From Flavobacteriales bacterium (lineage in GTDB: Bacteria; Bacteroidota; Bacteroidia; Flavobacteriales; BACL11): a DNA stretch of 64,000 nt. The notes under the pieces are model-generated. The model did no database searches. It saw only the letters and a list, made by a program, of their open reading frames with translations, and was not told the origin of the DNA. Each line of letters begins with the position of its first letter. Positions within the stretch are counted from its first letter, which is position 1. Below are positions 49,650-58,844 of this stretch, piece by piece. The stretch lies in the NCBI GenBank assembly GCA_018647945.1, contig JABGSE010000083.1, positions 2,638-66,637 of the forward strand, given 5' to 3'. A program made the translations under genes and the position numbers.

Positions 49650-50215
49650 CTGTAAAAATTCATTTCATCTGTATATTTCCATGCTTTTTCGGGCATCAAA
49701 TAGGAGATATCTTTTCCTTGTTTTATAGAATTACGTATAAAAGATGCGGATATCTCCATTTGAGGAACTCCCTCAATTATATGAATATTTTTATATGTTC
49801 CACTTATTTCAAATCCTGACCTTGGATAGACATAAACAGAATAATTTTCTAAAATCTGCTCGTAATTTTTCCACTTATGGAAATTCTGTAAATTATCTGC
49901 CCCCATAATAATTGCGTATTCATTTTCTGGATGTTCTTCTTTCAGTCTCACCAAAGTATCAATAGTGTAAGAGGGTTGTGGCATGCTAAATTCAATATCG
50001 GAAACTGCTAGTTTTGGATTATCCTCAATCTCAGCTCTTATAATTTGTAATCTGTGGTATTGATTTAATAAACTAATTTTTTGTTTTAAAGGATTTTGAG
50101 GAGAAACCACAAATAACACCCTTTCCAAATCAGAAAATTCCGCCATATAGGATGCAATTATTTTATGTCCTACATGCATAGGGTTAAAACTTCCAAAAAA
50201 CAGTCCTATCTTCAT
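49646..50215 (-). CDS. nadD: nicotinate-nucleotide adenylyltransferase
   Basis: GLFFGSFNPMHVGH (HxGH) and ISASFIRN motifs. Confidence 0.93.
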   Translation of the reverse strand: MKIGLFFGSFNPMHVGHKIIASYMAEFSDLERVLFVVSPQNPLKQKISLLNQYHRLQIIRAEIEDNPKLAVSDIEFSMPQPSYTIDTLVRLKEEHPENEYAIIMGADNLQNFHKWKNYEQILENYSVYVYPRSGFEISGTYKNIHIIEGVPQMEISASFIRNSIKQGKDISYLMPEKAWKYTDEMNFYR

Positions 50216-50216
50216 T

Positions 50217-50780
50217 TTAGGATTTTATAAAATTAGTAATTACTTCCTGTGTTTCCTCACATGCAATATCAAAATCATCATTTAAAATCACTGTATCAAA
50301 TTCCTGATTTTGAGCAATTTCCACCTCCGCTTTATCTAACCTTTTCTGTAAGCTTTCATCCGACTCCGAATCTCTTCCAATTAATCTTTCTGCTAAAACC
50401 TCTACGGATGGTGGCATAATAAAAATAGATAAACATTCAATTGGGTATTGTTTTTTTATATTCAATCCTCCTACTACATCTACATCAAAAATTACAGTTT
50501 TCCCTTCCTCCCAAATTCTCTCAATCTCTGATTTTAAAGTTCCGTAATACTGATTTTCATAAACCTCTTCCCACTCCAAAAAAGCATCTTTTTTTATCTT
50601 CTGTTGAAATCCCTCTACACCCAAAAAATAGTAATCTTCTCCATGAGTTTCCTTTTCTCTTTTTTCTCGACTACATGCTGAAACCGAAAAAGATAGTTCA
50701 TCCATATTTTTAAGTAAATGATGTACAATAGAAGTTTTCCCGGCTCCGGATGGCGCTGATATTACAATTAACTTTCCCAC
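50217..50780 (-). CDS. gmk: guanylate kinase
   Basis: P-loop SAPSGAGKTS, plus SACSREKREKE and YYF motifs. Confidence 0.95.
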   Translation of the reverse strand: MGKLIVISAPSGAGKTSIVHHLLKNMDELSFSVSACSREKREKETHGEDYYFLGVEGFQQKIKKDAFLEWEEVYENQYYGTLKSEIERIWEEGKTVIFDVDVVGGLNIKKQYPIECLSIFIMPPSVEVLAERLIGRDSESDESLQKRLDKAEVEIAQNQEFDTVILNDDFDIACEETQEVITNFIKS

Positions 50781-51686
50781 TTACAAAATATTTAATAATT
50801 GTTCCTTAATCTTCTCTAGTTCATCCTTCATTTGTACTACAATTTTTTGCATTTCTGCATCTGACGATTTTGATCCAATAGTATTTATTTCTCTACCTAT
50901 TTCTTGACCAATAAAACCTAATTTTTTTCCATTTGGAGAGTCGGTATTCATAGTTTCAATAAAGTAGTTCAAGTGCGCGTCTAATCTTACTTGTTCTTCT
51001 GTAATATCTTGTTTTTCTAAATAGTAGATGAGCTCTTGTTCAAACCTGTTTTCATCAATATTCTTACTATCAATTTCCGATAATTTATCTGATAAACTGT
51101 TCTTTACTTTCTCAATTCTTCCCTTTGCAAAAGGAGCAATTTCTTTTAAAAGTGAAGACAGTTTATTTATTCTTGAACTAACATCTTCTTCTAATTTTTT
51201 TCCTTCATCTAATCTGAATTGTAGTAAATTATCAATAGCTTTTTCTATCCCTTTCTGAATTTTATCCCATTCGTTATCATTAGATTGTTCTTCCCCTTTT
51301 ATCATTGCTTCTGGCATTTTTAATAAAGCTGGGATAATATCAGTGGATTTAGCTTTAAATGGAGTAAAACTCCACATATTCCATTTTAATCCCAAATCCT
51401 TTTGCAATTGTAATATTTGCTCATGATACCGCTTAACTGCTTCTGTATTTATCTTGTAATTAGAGGAGGATTCTGACTTCTCTCTCCAAATAGAAAGTTC
51501 AATTTTTCCTCTTTGTAATTTTTCTGACAGTAGCTTTCTGAGTCCTATTTCTTTGTCTCTGTAAACAGAAGACATCTTTACATTAGCATCAATTTGCTTA
51601 GAGTTTAAGGACCTCACTTCAATAGTAAAGTTAGCATTTGTTAGGTTAAGTTCGGACTTTCCGTAGCCCGTCATAGATAAAATCAT
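50781..51686 (-). CDS. yicC: YicC-family protein
   Basis: MILSMTGYG start and the C-terminal EINTIGSKS motif; 301 aa. Confidence 0.85.
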   Translation of the reverse strand: MILSMTGYGKSELNLTNANFTIEVRSLNSKQIDANVKMSSVYRDKEIGLRKLLSEKLQRGKIELSIWREKSESSSNYKINTEAVKRYHEQILQLQKDLGLKWNMWSFTPFKAKSTDIIPALLKMPEAMIKGEEQSNDNEWDKIQKGIEKAIDNLLQFRLDEGKKLEEDVSSRINKLSSLLKEIAPFAKGRIEKVKNSLSDKLSEIDSKNIDENRFEQELIYYLEKQDITEEQVRLDAHLNYFIETMNTDSPNGKKLGFIGQEIGREINTIGSKSSDAEMQKIVVQMKDELEKIKEQLLNIL

Positions 51687-51707
51687 CTTATTATGTTTTT
51701 GGCAAAT

Positions 51708-52613
51708 TTAGGAAAGTTTCCGCTTACTTTGCTTTTTAGAACGAACACTTACTAAATAAACTCCTAAAAATATAATTGCAGAAGAGATAATTTTTTGTTT
51801 ATCCAAACTATCGCTCTCCCTTAAAATAGCAAATAAGGTGGCCAAAATAGGTTGTAAATAAATGTAAATACTTACTGTAGTAGGGCTCAACTCCTTTAAT
51901 GCGGAAGAATTAAATAAATAGGCAATAAAAGTAGTACAAACTACTACAAAAGAAATTTCCCAATATATATTCGTTGGGATATCGTTCCAGTTTACTTGGT
52001 ATAAATTTGCAATGCCAAACGGAAAAACCAATAACAATCCGAAAGCAAACACATAAAACATTACCGTAATAGGTTTGTACTTTTTCATTAAAGGCTTTAC
52101 TAAAACTAAATACAGACCATAACTAGTAGCGTTTATAAAAATAAATAAATTGCCTATCTGAGCGTCTGAAGACAAATTAATATCACCTCCGTTTAATATT
52201 AAAGAAGATGCGCCTACAATTCCTAAAATAATACCCAATCCCTTCCTTAAAGTTATCTTTTCTTTCAGAATTAATAAGGACATAATAATTACTAAAATAG
52301 GATTGGAAGTCATGATAATAGCAGCATTTATGGGAGTGGTTAAATTCAATCCTTCAAAAAATAACAACTGATTAATTGCCACTCCAAAAAGTCCGCATAT
52401 TGCAAATCGGATAATATCTTTCTTTTCTATTTTCTCTTTTATAAATAAGAAATAACTCAGGGCAAATAAAAACAAAGCCCCAATTACTCTTAATAAAATA
52501 AATCCTGAAGGCTTTATATAATCCGGCATTACATCTTTAGCAAGGGTATAATTGATTGCATAAATTAAATTTGCTACCAGTAAGGAAAGGTGCGCTAAAA
52601 CGATTTTATTCAA
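51708..52613 (-). CDS. EamA/DMT-family transporter
   Basis: Ten hydrophobic helices in two EamA-like halves. The start codon is TTG (reverse complement of 52611-52613). Confidence 0.7.
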   Translation of the reverse strand: MNKIVLAHLSLLVANLIYAINYTLAKDVMPDYIKPSGFILLRVIGALFLFALSYFLFIKEKIEKKDIIRFAICGLFGVAINQLLFFEGLNLTTPINAAIIMTSNPILVIIMSLLILKEKITLRKGLGIILGIVGASSLILNGGDINLSSDAQIGNLFIFINATSYGLYLVLVKPLMKKYKPITVMFYVFAFGLLLVFPFGIANLYQVNWNDIPTNIYWEISFVVVCTTFIAYLFNSSALKELSPTTVSIYIYLQPILATLFAILRESDSLDKQKIISSAIIFLGVYLVSVRSKKQSKRKLS

Positions 52614-52628
52614 AAGATAATTTTTTTA

Positions 52629-52636
52629 CAAAAGTA
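52629..52636 (-). promoter_or_regulatory. -7 promoter box for the EamA-yicC-gmk-nadD operon
   Basis: Reverse complement is TACTTTTG, 15 nt upstream of the TTG start. Confidence 0.35.
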
Positions 52637-52659
52637 AAATTAAATACTACAAATTTTAA

Positions 52660-52667
52660 TAGTTTTG
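52660..52667 (+). promoter_or_regulatory. -7 promoter box for the Cys/Met PLP enzyme gene
   Basis: TAGTTTTG, 23 nt upstream of the ATG at 52691. Confidence 0.45.
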
Positions 52668-52690
52668 CTTATGGATAAAAATCAAAACAA

Positions 52691-53836
52691 ATGAAATTCG
52701 GAACAAAAACAATACATGCTGGCCAGCAGGCCGATCCAACTACTGGAGCGGTAATGACTCCAATATATCAAACTTCTACCTATAAACAAGCAAGCCCAGG
52801 AGATTTTAAAGGATATGAATATTCCAGAACAGGAAATCCAACCAGAAATGCATTAGAACAAAATCTTGCAGCATTAGAAAACGGTAAATTTGGACTATGC
52901 TTCGGAAGCGGATTAGCGGCGATTGACTCTATTATCAAACTTTTAAAACCTGGTGATGAAGTAATTTCTACAAATGATTTGTACGGTGGAACCTACCGAA
53001 TATTCAATAATATATTTGAGCCATTTGGAATAAAATTTCATTTTGTAGGTATGGATGATTCCGAAAAAATTGAATCTCTAATAAACAAAAATACAAAAAT
53101 GCTTTGGGCAGAAACTCCAACCAACCCAATGTTAAATATTATTGATATTGAAAAATTAGGACATATTTCAAAGAAACATAATCTTACTTTTGTAGTAGAT
53201 AATACTTTTGCTACTCCTTTTTTACAACGACCATTAGATATGGGAGCTGATATTATAATGCATTCCCTTACAAAATATATGGGAGGCCATTCGGATGTAG
53301 TAATGGGAGCCGCAATTTGTAAAGACGAAAAATTAGCCGAAAGATTGTTTGCTATTCAGAATTCTTGTGGGGCTGTTCCGGGGCCACAGGATAGTTTTTT
53401 GGTGCTGAGAGGAATAAAAACACTACACTTAAGAATGCAACGCCATTGCGAAAATGGAAAAGTAATAGCTAATTTTTTAAAAACTCACCCTAAAGTTGGA
53501 GATGTGTATTGGCCAGGATTAGAAGATCACCCAAATCATGATATAGCAAAAAAACAAATGGATGATTTTGGAGGAATGGTTTCGTTTAACCTAAAGGGAA
53601 ATAAATTAGAAGACGCTATTAAATTAGTTTCTACAACACATTACTTTACTTTAGCAGAAAGCCTAGGAGGTGTAGAGTCTTTAATTGGACATCCCGCCTC
53701 TATGACACATGCTGCAATTCCGAAAGAAGTAAGAGAAAAAACAGGAGTGGTAGACACACTTATCAGGTTAAGTGTTGGTGTTGAAGATATTGAAGATTTG
53801 GTAAATGACCTTAAAATGGCATTAGATTCATTGTAA
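52691..53836 (+). CDS. Cys/Met-metabolism PLP-dependent enzyme (cystathionine gamma-synthase / beta- or gamma-lyase family)
   Basis: YSRTGNPTR and the PLP-lysine motif HSLTKYMGGHSD; 381 aa. Confidence 0.85.
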   Translation: MKFGTKTIHAGQQADPTTGAVMTPIYQTSTYKQASPGDFKGYEYSRTGNPTRNALEQNLAALENGKFGLCFGSGLAAIDSIIKLLKPGDEVISTNDLYGGTYRIFNNIFEPFGIKFHFVGMDDSEKIESLINKNTKMLWAETPTNPMLNIIDIEKLGHISKKHNLTFVVDNTFATPFLQRPLDMGADIIMHSLTKYMGGHSDVVMGAAICKDEKLAERLFAIQNSCGAVPGPQDSFLVLRGIKTLHLRMQRHCENGKVIANFLKTHPKVGDVYWPGLEDHPNHDIAKKQMDDFGGMVSFNLKGNKLEDAIKLVSTTHYFTLAESLGGVESLIGHPASMTHAAIPKEVREKTGVVDTLIRLSVGVEDIEDLVNDLKMALDSL

Positions 53837-53837
53837 A

Positions 53838-54539
53838 ATGAAAAATGTTGCTTTTATAAGCGGAACTTCAAAAGGAATTGGGGAAAGTATTGCGAAACTT
53901 CTTTTATCTGAAAATTATATTGTTTACGGATTTTCTAGAAGTAATACAATCAATAATGAAAATTTTACATTTGTAAAAACAGATTTTTCTGATGCCAAAA
54001 AGATTGAACATTTTGATTTCCCAAAAATAGAAGAAGTTGACAAAATCCTCCTTATTAATAATGCTGCAACTATTGGAGAAATAATCCCTTTAGGGAAAAG
54101 AAACAATACTAGAATTTGTGAAGAAATAAATCTGAATTTAATTTCTCCTACCATTTTATGTAATCAGTTGATAAAACAATATCCTAATACAGAAAAATTA
54201 ATCATTAATATTAGTTCCGGTGCGGCCAAAAATGCAATTCCTTCATGGAGTACATATTGCATTACAAAAAGCGGATTGGATATGTTAAGTTTATCTCTTA
54301 AAGAAGAAAACCATAAAAAGTTAAGCATATTTTCTGTTTCTCCAGGAGTAGTTGATACTGATATACAATTAGAAATCCGTAATTCTGATGAAAATTCATT
54401 CCCTTTACATCAAAAATTTGTGAATTATTTTATCAATAACGAGCTATTATCTCCAAAATCAGTTTCATTAAAAATTTACAAAATCATTGAAAATTCAGAC
54501 AATTTTTCATCAACAATTGTCTCTTTAAGAGATTTCTGA
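53838..54539 (+). CDS. short-chain dehydrogenase/reductase (SDR)
   Basis: Motifs ISGTSKGIG, NNAA and the YCITK (YxxxK) catalytic motif. Confidence 0.75.
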   Translation: MKNVAFISGTSKGIGESIAKLLLSENYIVYGFSRSNTINNENFTFVKTDFSDAKKIEHFDFPKIEEVDKILLINNAATIGEIIPLGKRNNTRICEEINLNLISPTILCNQLIKQYPNTEKLIINISSGAAKNAIPSWSTYCITKSGLDMLSLSLKEENHKKLSIFSVSPGVVDTDIQLEIRNSDENSFPLHQKFVNYFINNELLSPKSVSLKIYKIIENSDNFSSTIVSLRDF

Positions 54540-54558
54540 TTATTAGACATGTAAATTA

Positions 54559-54597
54559 ACAGAAACGGATTATAATTGACACTATCTTTCTGTTTTT
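54559..54597 (+). terminator. possible terminator after the SDR gene
   Basis: ACAGAAA...TTTCTGT 7-bp stem with a large 21-nt loop, followed by TTTT. Confidence 0.3.
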
Positions 54598-54805
54598 CAG
54601 TATCTTAGAGGATATCCTAATTTTTAACATTTTTATGTTTATAACAACACTATATAATCGTTATATATGAATCGTATAAAACACATATATCACTGATATC
54701 CTGTATATTACAAATTTACTAATGTTTAATTATCTGAAAGGATAGATAAAAGCGTATTTTAAAAGAAAATATATAAGAAATATTAGTTGAACCTAAATAT
54801 GTTCG

Positions 54806-54813
54806 TATGTTTG
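54806..54813 (+). promoter_or_regulatory. -7 promoter box for small membrane protein 1
   Basis: TATGTTTG, 30 nt upstream of the ATG at 54844. Confidence 0.4.
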
Positions 54814-54843
54814 GGGTAATATTAACCAAAATTTATTTTTATT

Positions 54844-55068
54844 ATGGACAAAGTATTTAAGTATTTTAATGACTTTTTTAAAGGTCTAGCTGGATTAATC
54901 ATGGGATTACTAGCTCTTTCAATTGTAGCTGACTTCCTTTTTGGGCCAGGATCAATTGCTGGTATTAATGTTATTAGTAACATTTCTGCAGTAGTTGCTG
55001 ATTTTGCTGGAGGAGGAGTTATTGGACTAATTGGATTAATGATTGTTTGGAGTTTAATTACTAAATAA
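54844..55068 (+). CDS. small two-TM membrane protein (74 aa), unknown family
   Basis: Amphipathic N-terminus and two Gly-rich hydrophobic helices. It has its own promoter box and a strong terminator. Confidence 0.55.
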   Translation: MDKVFKYFNDFFKGLAGLIMGLLALSIVADFLFGPGSIAGINVISNISAVVADFAGGGVIGLIGLMIVWSLITK

Positions 55069-55091
55069 TCATTTATACTAAGATTTAATAA

Positions 55092-55126
55092 AATAGCCCT
55101 TAAATTTTAAGGGCTATTTTATTTTA
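55092..55126 (+). terminator. Rho-independent terminator after small membrane protein 1
   Basis: AATAGCCCTTAA-ATT-TTAAGGGCTATT, a perfect 12-bp stem followed by a T-rich tract. Confidence 0.85.
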
Positions 55127-55131
55127 ATTTG

Positions 55132-55139
55132 TAATTTTG
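55132..55139 (+). promoter_or_regulatory. -7 promoter box for small membrane protein 2
   Basis: TAATTTTG, 22 nt upstream of the ATG at 55162. Confidence 0.4.
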
Positions 55140-55161
55140 ACATCAATCTAAATTAAGTAAA

Positions 55162-55377
55162 ATGGAAAAAACACTCACAAAAATCAGAAAGTTTCTTACA
55201 GAAGTAATCGCTACTGCTATATCAATACTATGTTTGGGGGTTATTGTTCAATTATTAATTGATGAAACCCTATTAGGGTGGGATCCTGTTGGGAATATTA
55301 AAAATGCCGGAAGTGCATTTATTGGAGTTATCGCTTTTGTTTTATTATATATACTTTTTATTAGAAAACAAGATTAG
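55162..55377 (+). CDS. small two-TM membrane protein (71 aa), distant paralogue of 54844..55068
   Basis: Same architecture and weakly alignable with protein 1 (M-[DE]-K start, F11, L23, L25, L32, V..NI loop). The stop overlaps the polA stop by 4 nt. Confidence 0.5.
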   Translation: MEKTLTKIRKFLTEVIATAISILCLGVIVQLLIDETLLGWDPVGNIKNAGSAFIGVIAFVLLYILFIRKQD

Positions 55378-58142
55378 TGAGCTTCTAACCAATTTTCTCC
55401 CATTCCCATATCTAACACTAAAGGAACATCTAATTTTATAGTTTGTTCCATCTTCTCTTTCACTATTTTCATCAAAATTTCTTTTTCTGATTTTTTCATA
55501 TCGAATACTAATTCATCATGCACTTGCAATAACATTCTGGATTCCAGATTCTGATTTTCCATTTCCTGTTGCACATCAATCATTGCCTTTTTAATAATAT
55601 CTGCTGCTGAACCTTGAATAGGAGCATTTATCGCATTTCTTTCCGCAAAATAACGCATCATACCATTTCTGGAATTAATTTCTTTCAGATATCTTCTTCT
55701 TCCTAAAATAGTTTCTACAAATTCATTTTCTCTTGCCTTTAAAATACTCTTATCCATGTATTCCTTTACCTTTGGAAACTCTATAAAATAGTTCTCAATT
55801 ATCTCAGCAGCTTCATTTCGTTTTATCCCTAATCTTTGAGAAAGTCCGAAAGCAGAAATTCCATATATAATTCCGAAATTTACCATTTTTGCATGAGAAC
55901 GCATTTCTCTTGTAACATCCTTCTCTTCTACTTTATAAACCTTAGCAGCTGTTGCAGAATGAATATCTTCTCCATTATTAAATGCTTTCAACATGGATTC
56001 ATCTTCACTTAATGCCGCCATAATCCTAAGTTCAATTTGAGAATAATCAGCAGCCAATATTTCAAAATCATCATTTCTTGGGATGAAAGATTCCCTCATT
56101 TTCTTACCCTTTTCAGTTCGGATTGGGATGTTTTGTAAATTCGGGTTTACGGAACTTAATCTTCCTGTAGCTGCAACCGACTGATTAAAGGTAGTATGGA
56201 TTTTACCACTATTTTCATTAATTAACAAGGGCAATGCATTTACATATGTAGAAAGTAATTTTTGCAATCCTCTATATTCCAAAATTAAATCAATAATTGG
56301 GTGATCTCCTTTTAACTTACTCAAAGTTTCTTCAGAAGTAGAATATTGTCCGGATTTGGTTCTCTTTGCTTTCTCACTTATTTGCATCTTATCAAATAAT
56401 ATTTCTCCCATTTGTTTTGGAGATGCAATATTAAATTCCTCTCCCGAAATACTAAATATTTTTTGTTCTAATTCTTTAATTTCATCTGCCAATTCTACAG
56501 AGAATTTTTGTAACATTTTCACATCCAAATTGATCCCCTCTAATTCCATTTTCCCCAATACTTTTAGTAAAGGCATTTCTATATTTTGGAACAATTCAAA
56601 CAACTTTAGTTCTTTTAATTCATCTGTAAATATTTCAGAAAGTTGCAACTGAATATCTGCAAGTTCAGAGCAATAAAAGAGCTGCTTATCCTCCGACAAT
56701 TCTGATATTCTTCTTTTCTGTTTCCCTCTTCCTAGAAGAGATGAAATCTCTAAACTAGTATATTTTAAGTAGTTTTCCGACAAGATTTCAATATCATGCC
56801 TCATATCTGGTTGCAACAAATAATGAGCCACTGAAACATCAAAAACATTTTCTATTTCATTTACATTGTGTTGTGATAAGATTTTAATCTGATCTTTTAT
56901 ATCAAAGCCAATTTTTAAAATATCCGAATTCTGAAATACTTTATTTAACAAATCCAAAACACTTTCTGAAAAAGAAAGATAAACCGATTTATCCTTTTCG
57001 GAGCAGAAAGAAATCCCAATAATTTTTTCATTAAAACTAGAAAGAGAATTACAAAGCAACTGAAAAGAACATTTTCCCTTCTTTTGAATTTCAGAATATA
57101 AATTAGAAACATCAACTATCTTTTTGTAATCCTTTTTTATTTCCCCCTTTTCTTTTTGACTATCAGAATTTAAAGAAAACATATCTAATTGCCCATTTGA
57201 TGAAGATTCCTCCTTTTCGGTAACTTCTTCTTTTGTTTGATCAACTTCTACAGGAGTTGAATTAGAAATAGATAATACCCTTTGCAAGATAGTTTTGAAT
57301 TCTAATTCCTCAAATAATTCTTTAATTCCCTCTATATTAAACTCCGAAAATTCTAACTTTTCCGTTTCTAATTCTACCGGAACATGAATTTCAATAGTAG
57401 CTAGTTTTTTTGAGAGAATACCTAATTCTTTTGCTCCTTCTACTTTTTCTCTCAATTTCCCTTTTATCTCATGTGTATTTGCCAATAACCCTTCCATTGA
57501 CCCATATTGAGCAATAAATTTCTGAGCTGTTTTCTTGCCAACACCAGGTAGTCCAGGGATGTTGTCTACCGCATCTCCCATCATTCCTAAAAAATCGATT
57601 ACTTGCGTTACTTTTTGTATTTGAAATTTCTCTAAAACCTCTTTTATCCCCCAAGTTTCTGTAGGACTCCACTTATTTCCTGGTCTGTACATAAAAATAT
57701 TTTCAGAAACTAATTGTGCAAAATCTTTATCGGAAGTCATCATATAAACCTGAAAATCTTCCTTTTCCGCCTTTTTTGCAAGGGTGCCAATAACATCATC
57801 TGCCTCATATCCATCCATGTATATTCTTGGAATATTCATAGCATCCAATAGTCTATCGATATATGGTTTTGCCGAAATTATTCCATCAGGAGTTGGTTCT
57901 CTATGTGCTTTATATTCCTTAAATTCTTCATGTCTGAAAGTCGGTTTACTCCTATCAAAACAAACTGCAATATGAGTTGGTTTTTCTTTTCGGATAACTT
58001 CTACAATAGTATTTGTAAATCCGAAAATTGCGGAAGTATCTAATCCTTTTGAGTTTATTCTTGGGTTTTTTGCAAAGGCAAAATACGCTCTGTAAATAAG
58101 CGCATAAGCATCTAGTAAAAATAGTTTGTTTTTCTGCGTCAT
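55374..58142 (-). CDS. polA: DNA polymerase I
   Basis: 5' nuclease domain (LLDAYALIYRAYFA), a central exo-like domain, and polymerase motifs A (ILAADYSQIELR), B (RSHAKMVNFGIIYG) and C (LQVHDELV). Confidence 0.97.
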   Translation of the reverse strand: MTQKNKLFLLDAYALIYRAYFAFAKNPRINSKGLDTSAIFGFTNTIVEVIRKEKPTHIAVCFDRSKPTFRHEEFKEYKAHREPTPDGIISAKPYIDRLLDAMNIPRIYMDGYEADDVIGTLAKKAEKEDFQVYMMTSDKDFAQLVSENIFMYRPGNKWSPTETWGIKEVLEKFQIQKVTQVIDFLGMMGDAVDNIPGLPGVGKKTAQKFIAQYGSMEGLLANTHEIKGKLREKVEGAKELGILSKKLATIEIHVPVELETEKLEFSEFNIEGIKELFEELEFKTILQRVLSISNSTPVEVDQTKEEVTEKEESSSNGQLDMFSLNSDSQKEKGEIKKDYKKIVDVSNLYSEIQKKGKCSFQLLCNSLSSFNEKIIGISFCSEKDKSVYLSFSESVLDLLNKVFQNSDILKIGFDIKDQIKILSQHNVNEIENVFDVSVAHYLLQPDMRHDIEILSENYLKYTSLEISSLLGRGKQKRRISELSEDKQLFYCSELADIQLQLSEIFTDELKELKLFELFQNIEMPLLKVLGKMELEGINLDVKMLQKFSVELADEIKELEQKIFSISGEEFNIASPKQMGEILFDKMQISEKAKRTKSGQYSTSEETLSKLKGDHPIIDLILEYRGLQKLLSTYVNALPLLINENSGKIHTTFNQSVAATGRLSSVNPNLQNIPIRTEKGKKMRESFIPRNDDFEILAADYSQIELRIMAALSEDESMLKAFNNGEDIHSATAAKVYKVEEKDVTREMRSHAKMVNFGIIYGISAFGLSQRLGIKRNEAAEIIENYFIEFPKVKEYMDKSILKARENEFVETILGRRRYLKEINSRNGMMRYFAERNAINAPIQGSAADIIKKAMIDVQQEMENQNLESRMLLQVHDELVFDMKKSEKEILMKIVKEKMEQTIKLDVPLVLDMGMGENWLEAH

Positions 58143-58187
58143 AATTGTATGTAAAACTATAATTTTATCGTCAGAAAATATGTTAAA

Positions 58188-58841
58188 ATGAAAAAGAATT
58201 TATCACATATTATTAATGTAATGTTTATTCCTATTTTGTTCGTTTTTGCAATTTGGTTTGTAAAAGGATATGAACTTATTTCTGATAGTACATTGTCAGG
58301 ATTTAGTATAGTTCCTTGGAGTACAGAAAAGATTCTAAACATTTTTACTTTTCCTTTTATTCATGCTGATTCTAGTCATTTATTAAATAATAGCTATCCA
58401 ATAATAATTTTAGGTGGTATTATTTCATCTGTTTATAAAGAAATCTCAAATCGTGTTTTCTTTTTATCTTATATATTAAGTGGAATAATATTTTGGTTTT
58501 TGGGAGAGTCAAATCCAGTAATTGGAGCGAGTGGAGTTGTTTATGCTTTAGGTTCCTTTGTTTTGGTTAGTGGATTTATTAAGAAACAGCCCAGATTAGC
58601 AATGCTATCTTTTTTAGTAATATTTCTTAATTTCTTTAATTTGTGGGGGATAATTGAAATTGAACAAGATAATATTTCTCAAACAGCACATCTTTCAGGT
58701 GCAATTGCTGGTTTGATTATTGCGATTCTTTTCAGGGATAAAGGGCCCCAAGCAAAAAAATATAATTATGAATTGGAAGAAGAACTTGAACAAGAAAGAA
58801 AAGATATAGACATCAATTATATATACAAAAAAGATGAATAA
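58188..58841 (+). CDS. rhomboid-family intramembrane serine protease
   Basis: Motifs HADSSHLLNN, GASGVVYALG (catalytic Ser) and AHLSGAIAG (catalytic His). Confidence 0.85.
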   Translation: MKKNLSHIINVMFIPILFVFAIWFVKGYELISDSTLSGFSIVPWSTEKILNIFTFPFIHADSSHLLNNSYPIIILGGIISSVYKEISNRVFFLSYILSGIIFWFLGESNPVIGASGVVYALGSFVLVSGFIKKQPRLAMLSFLVIFLNFFNLWGIIEIEQDNISQTAHLSGAIAGLIIAILFRDKGPQAKKYNYELEEELEQERKDIDINYIYKKDE

Positions 58842-58844
58842 TTA

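Noticed and set aside
54611-54620. Perfect 10-bp palindrome AGGATATCCT
   Set aside because: A 10-bp palindrome is expected dozens of times by chance in 64 kb of AT-rich DNA. The stem is too short and the loop too tight for a hairpin. I kept only the GATATCCT repeat as a weak note.
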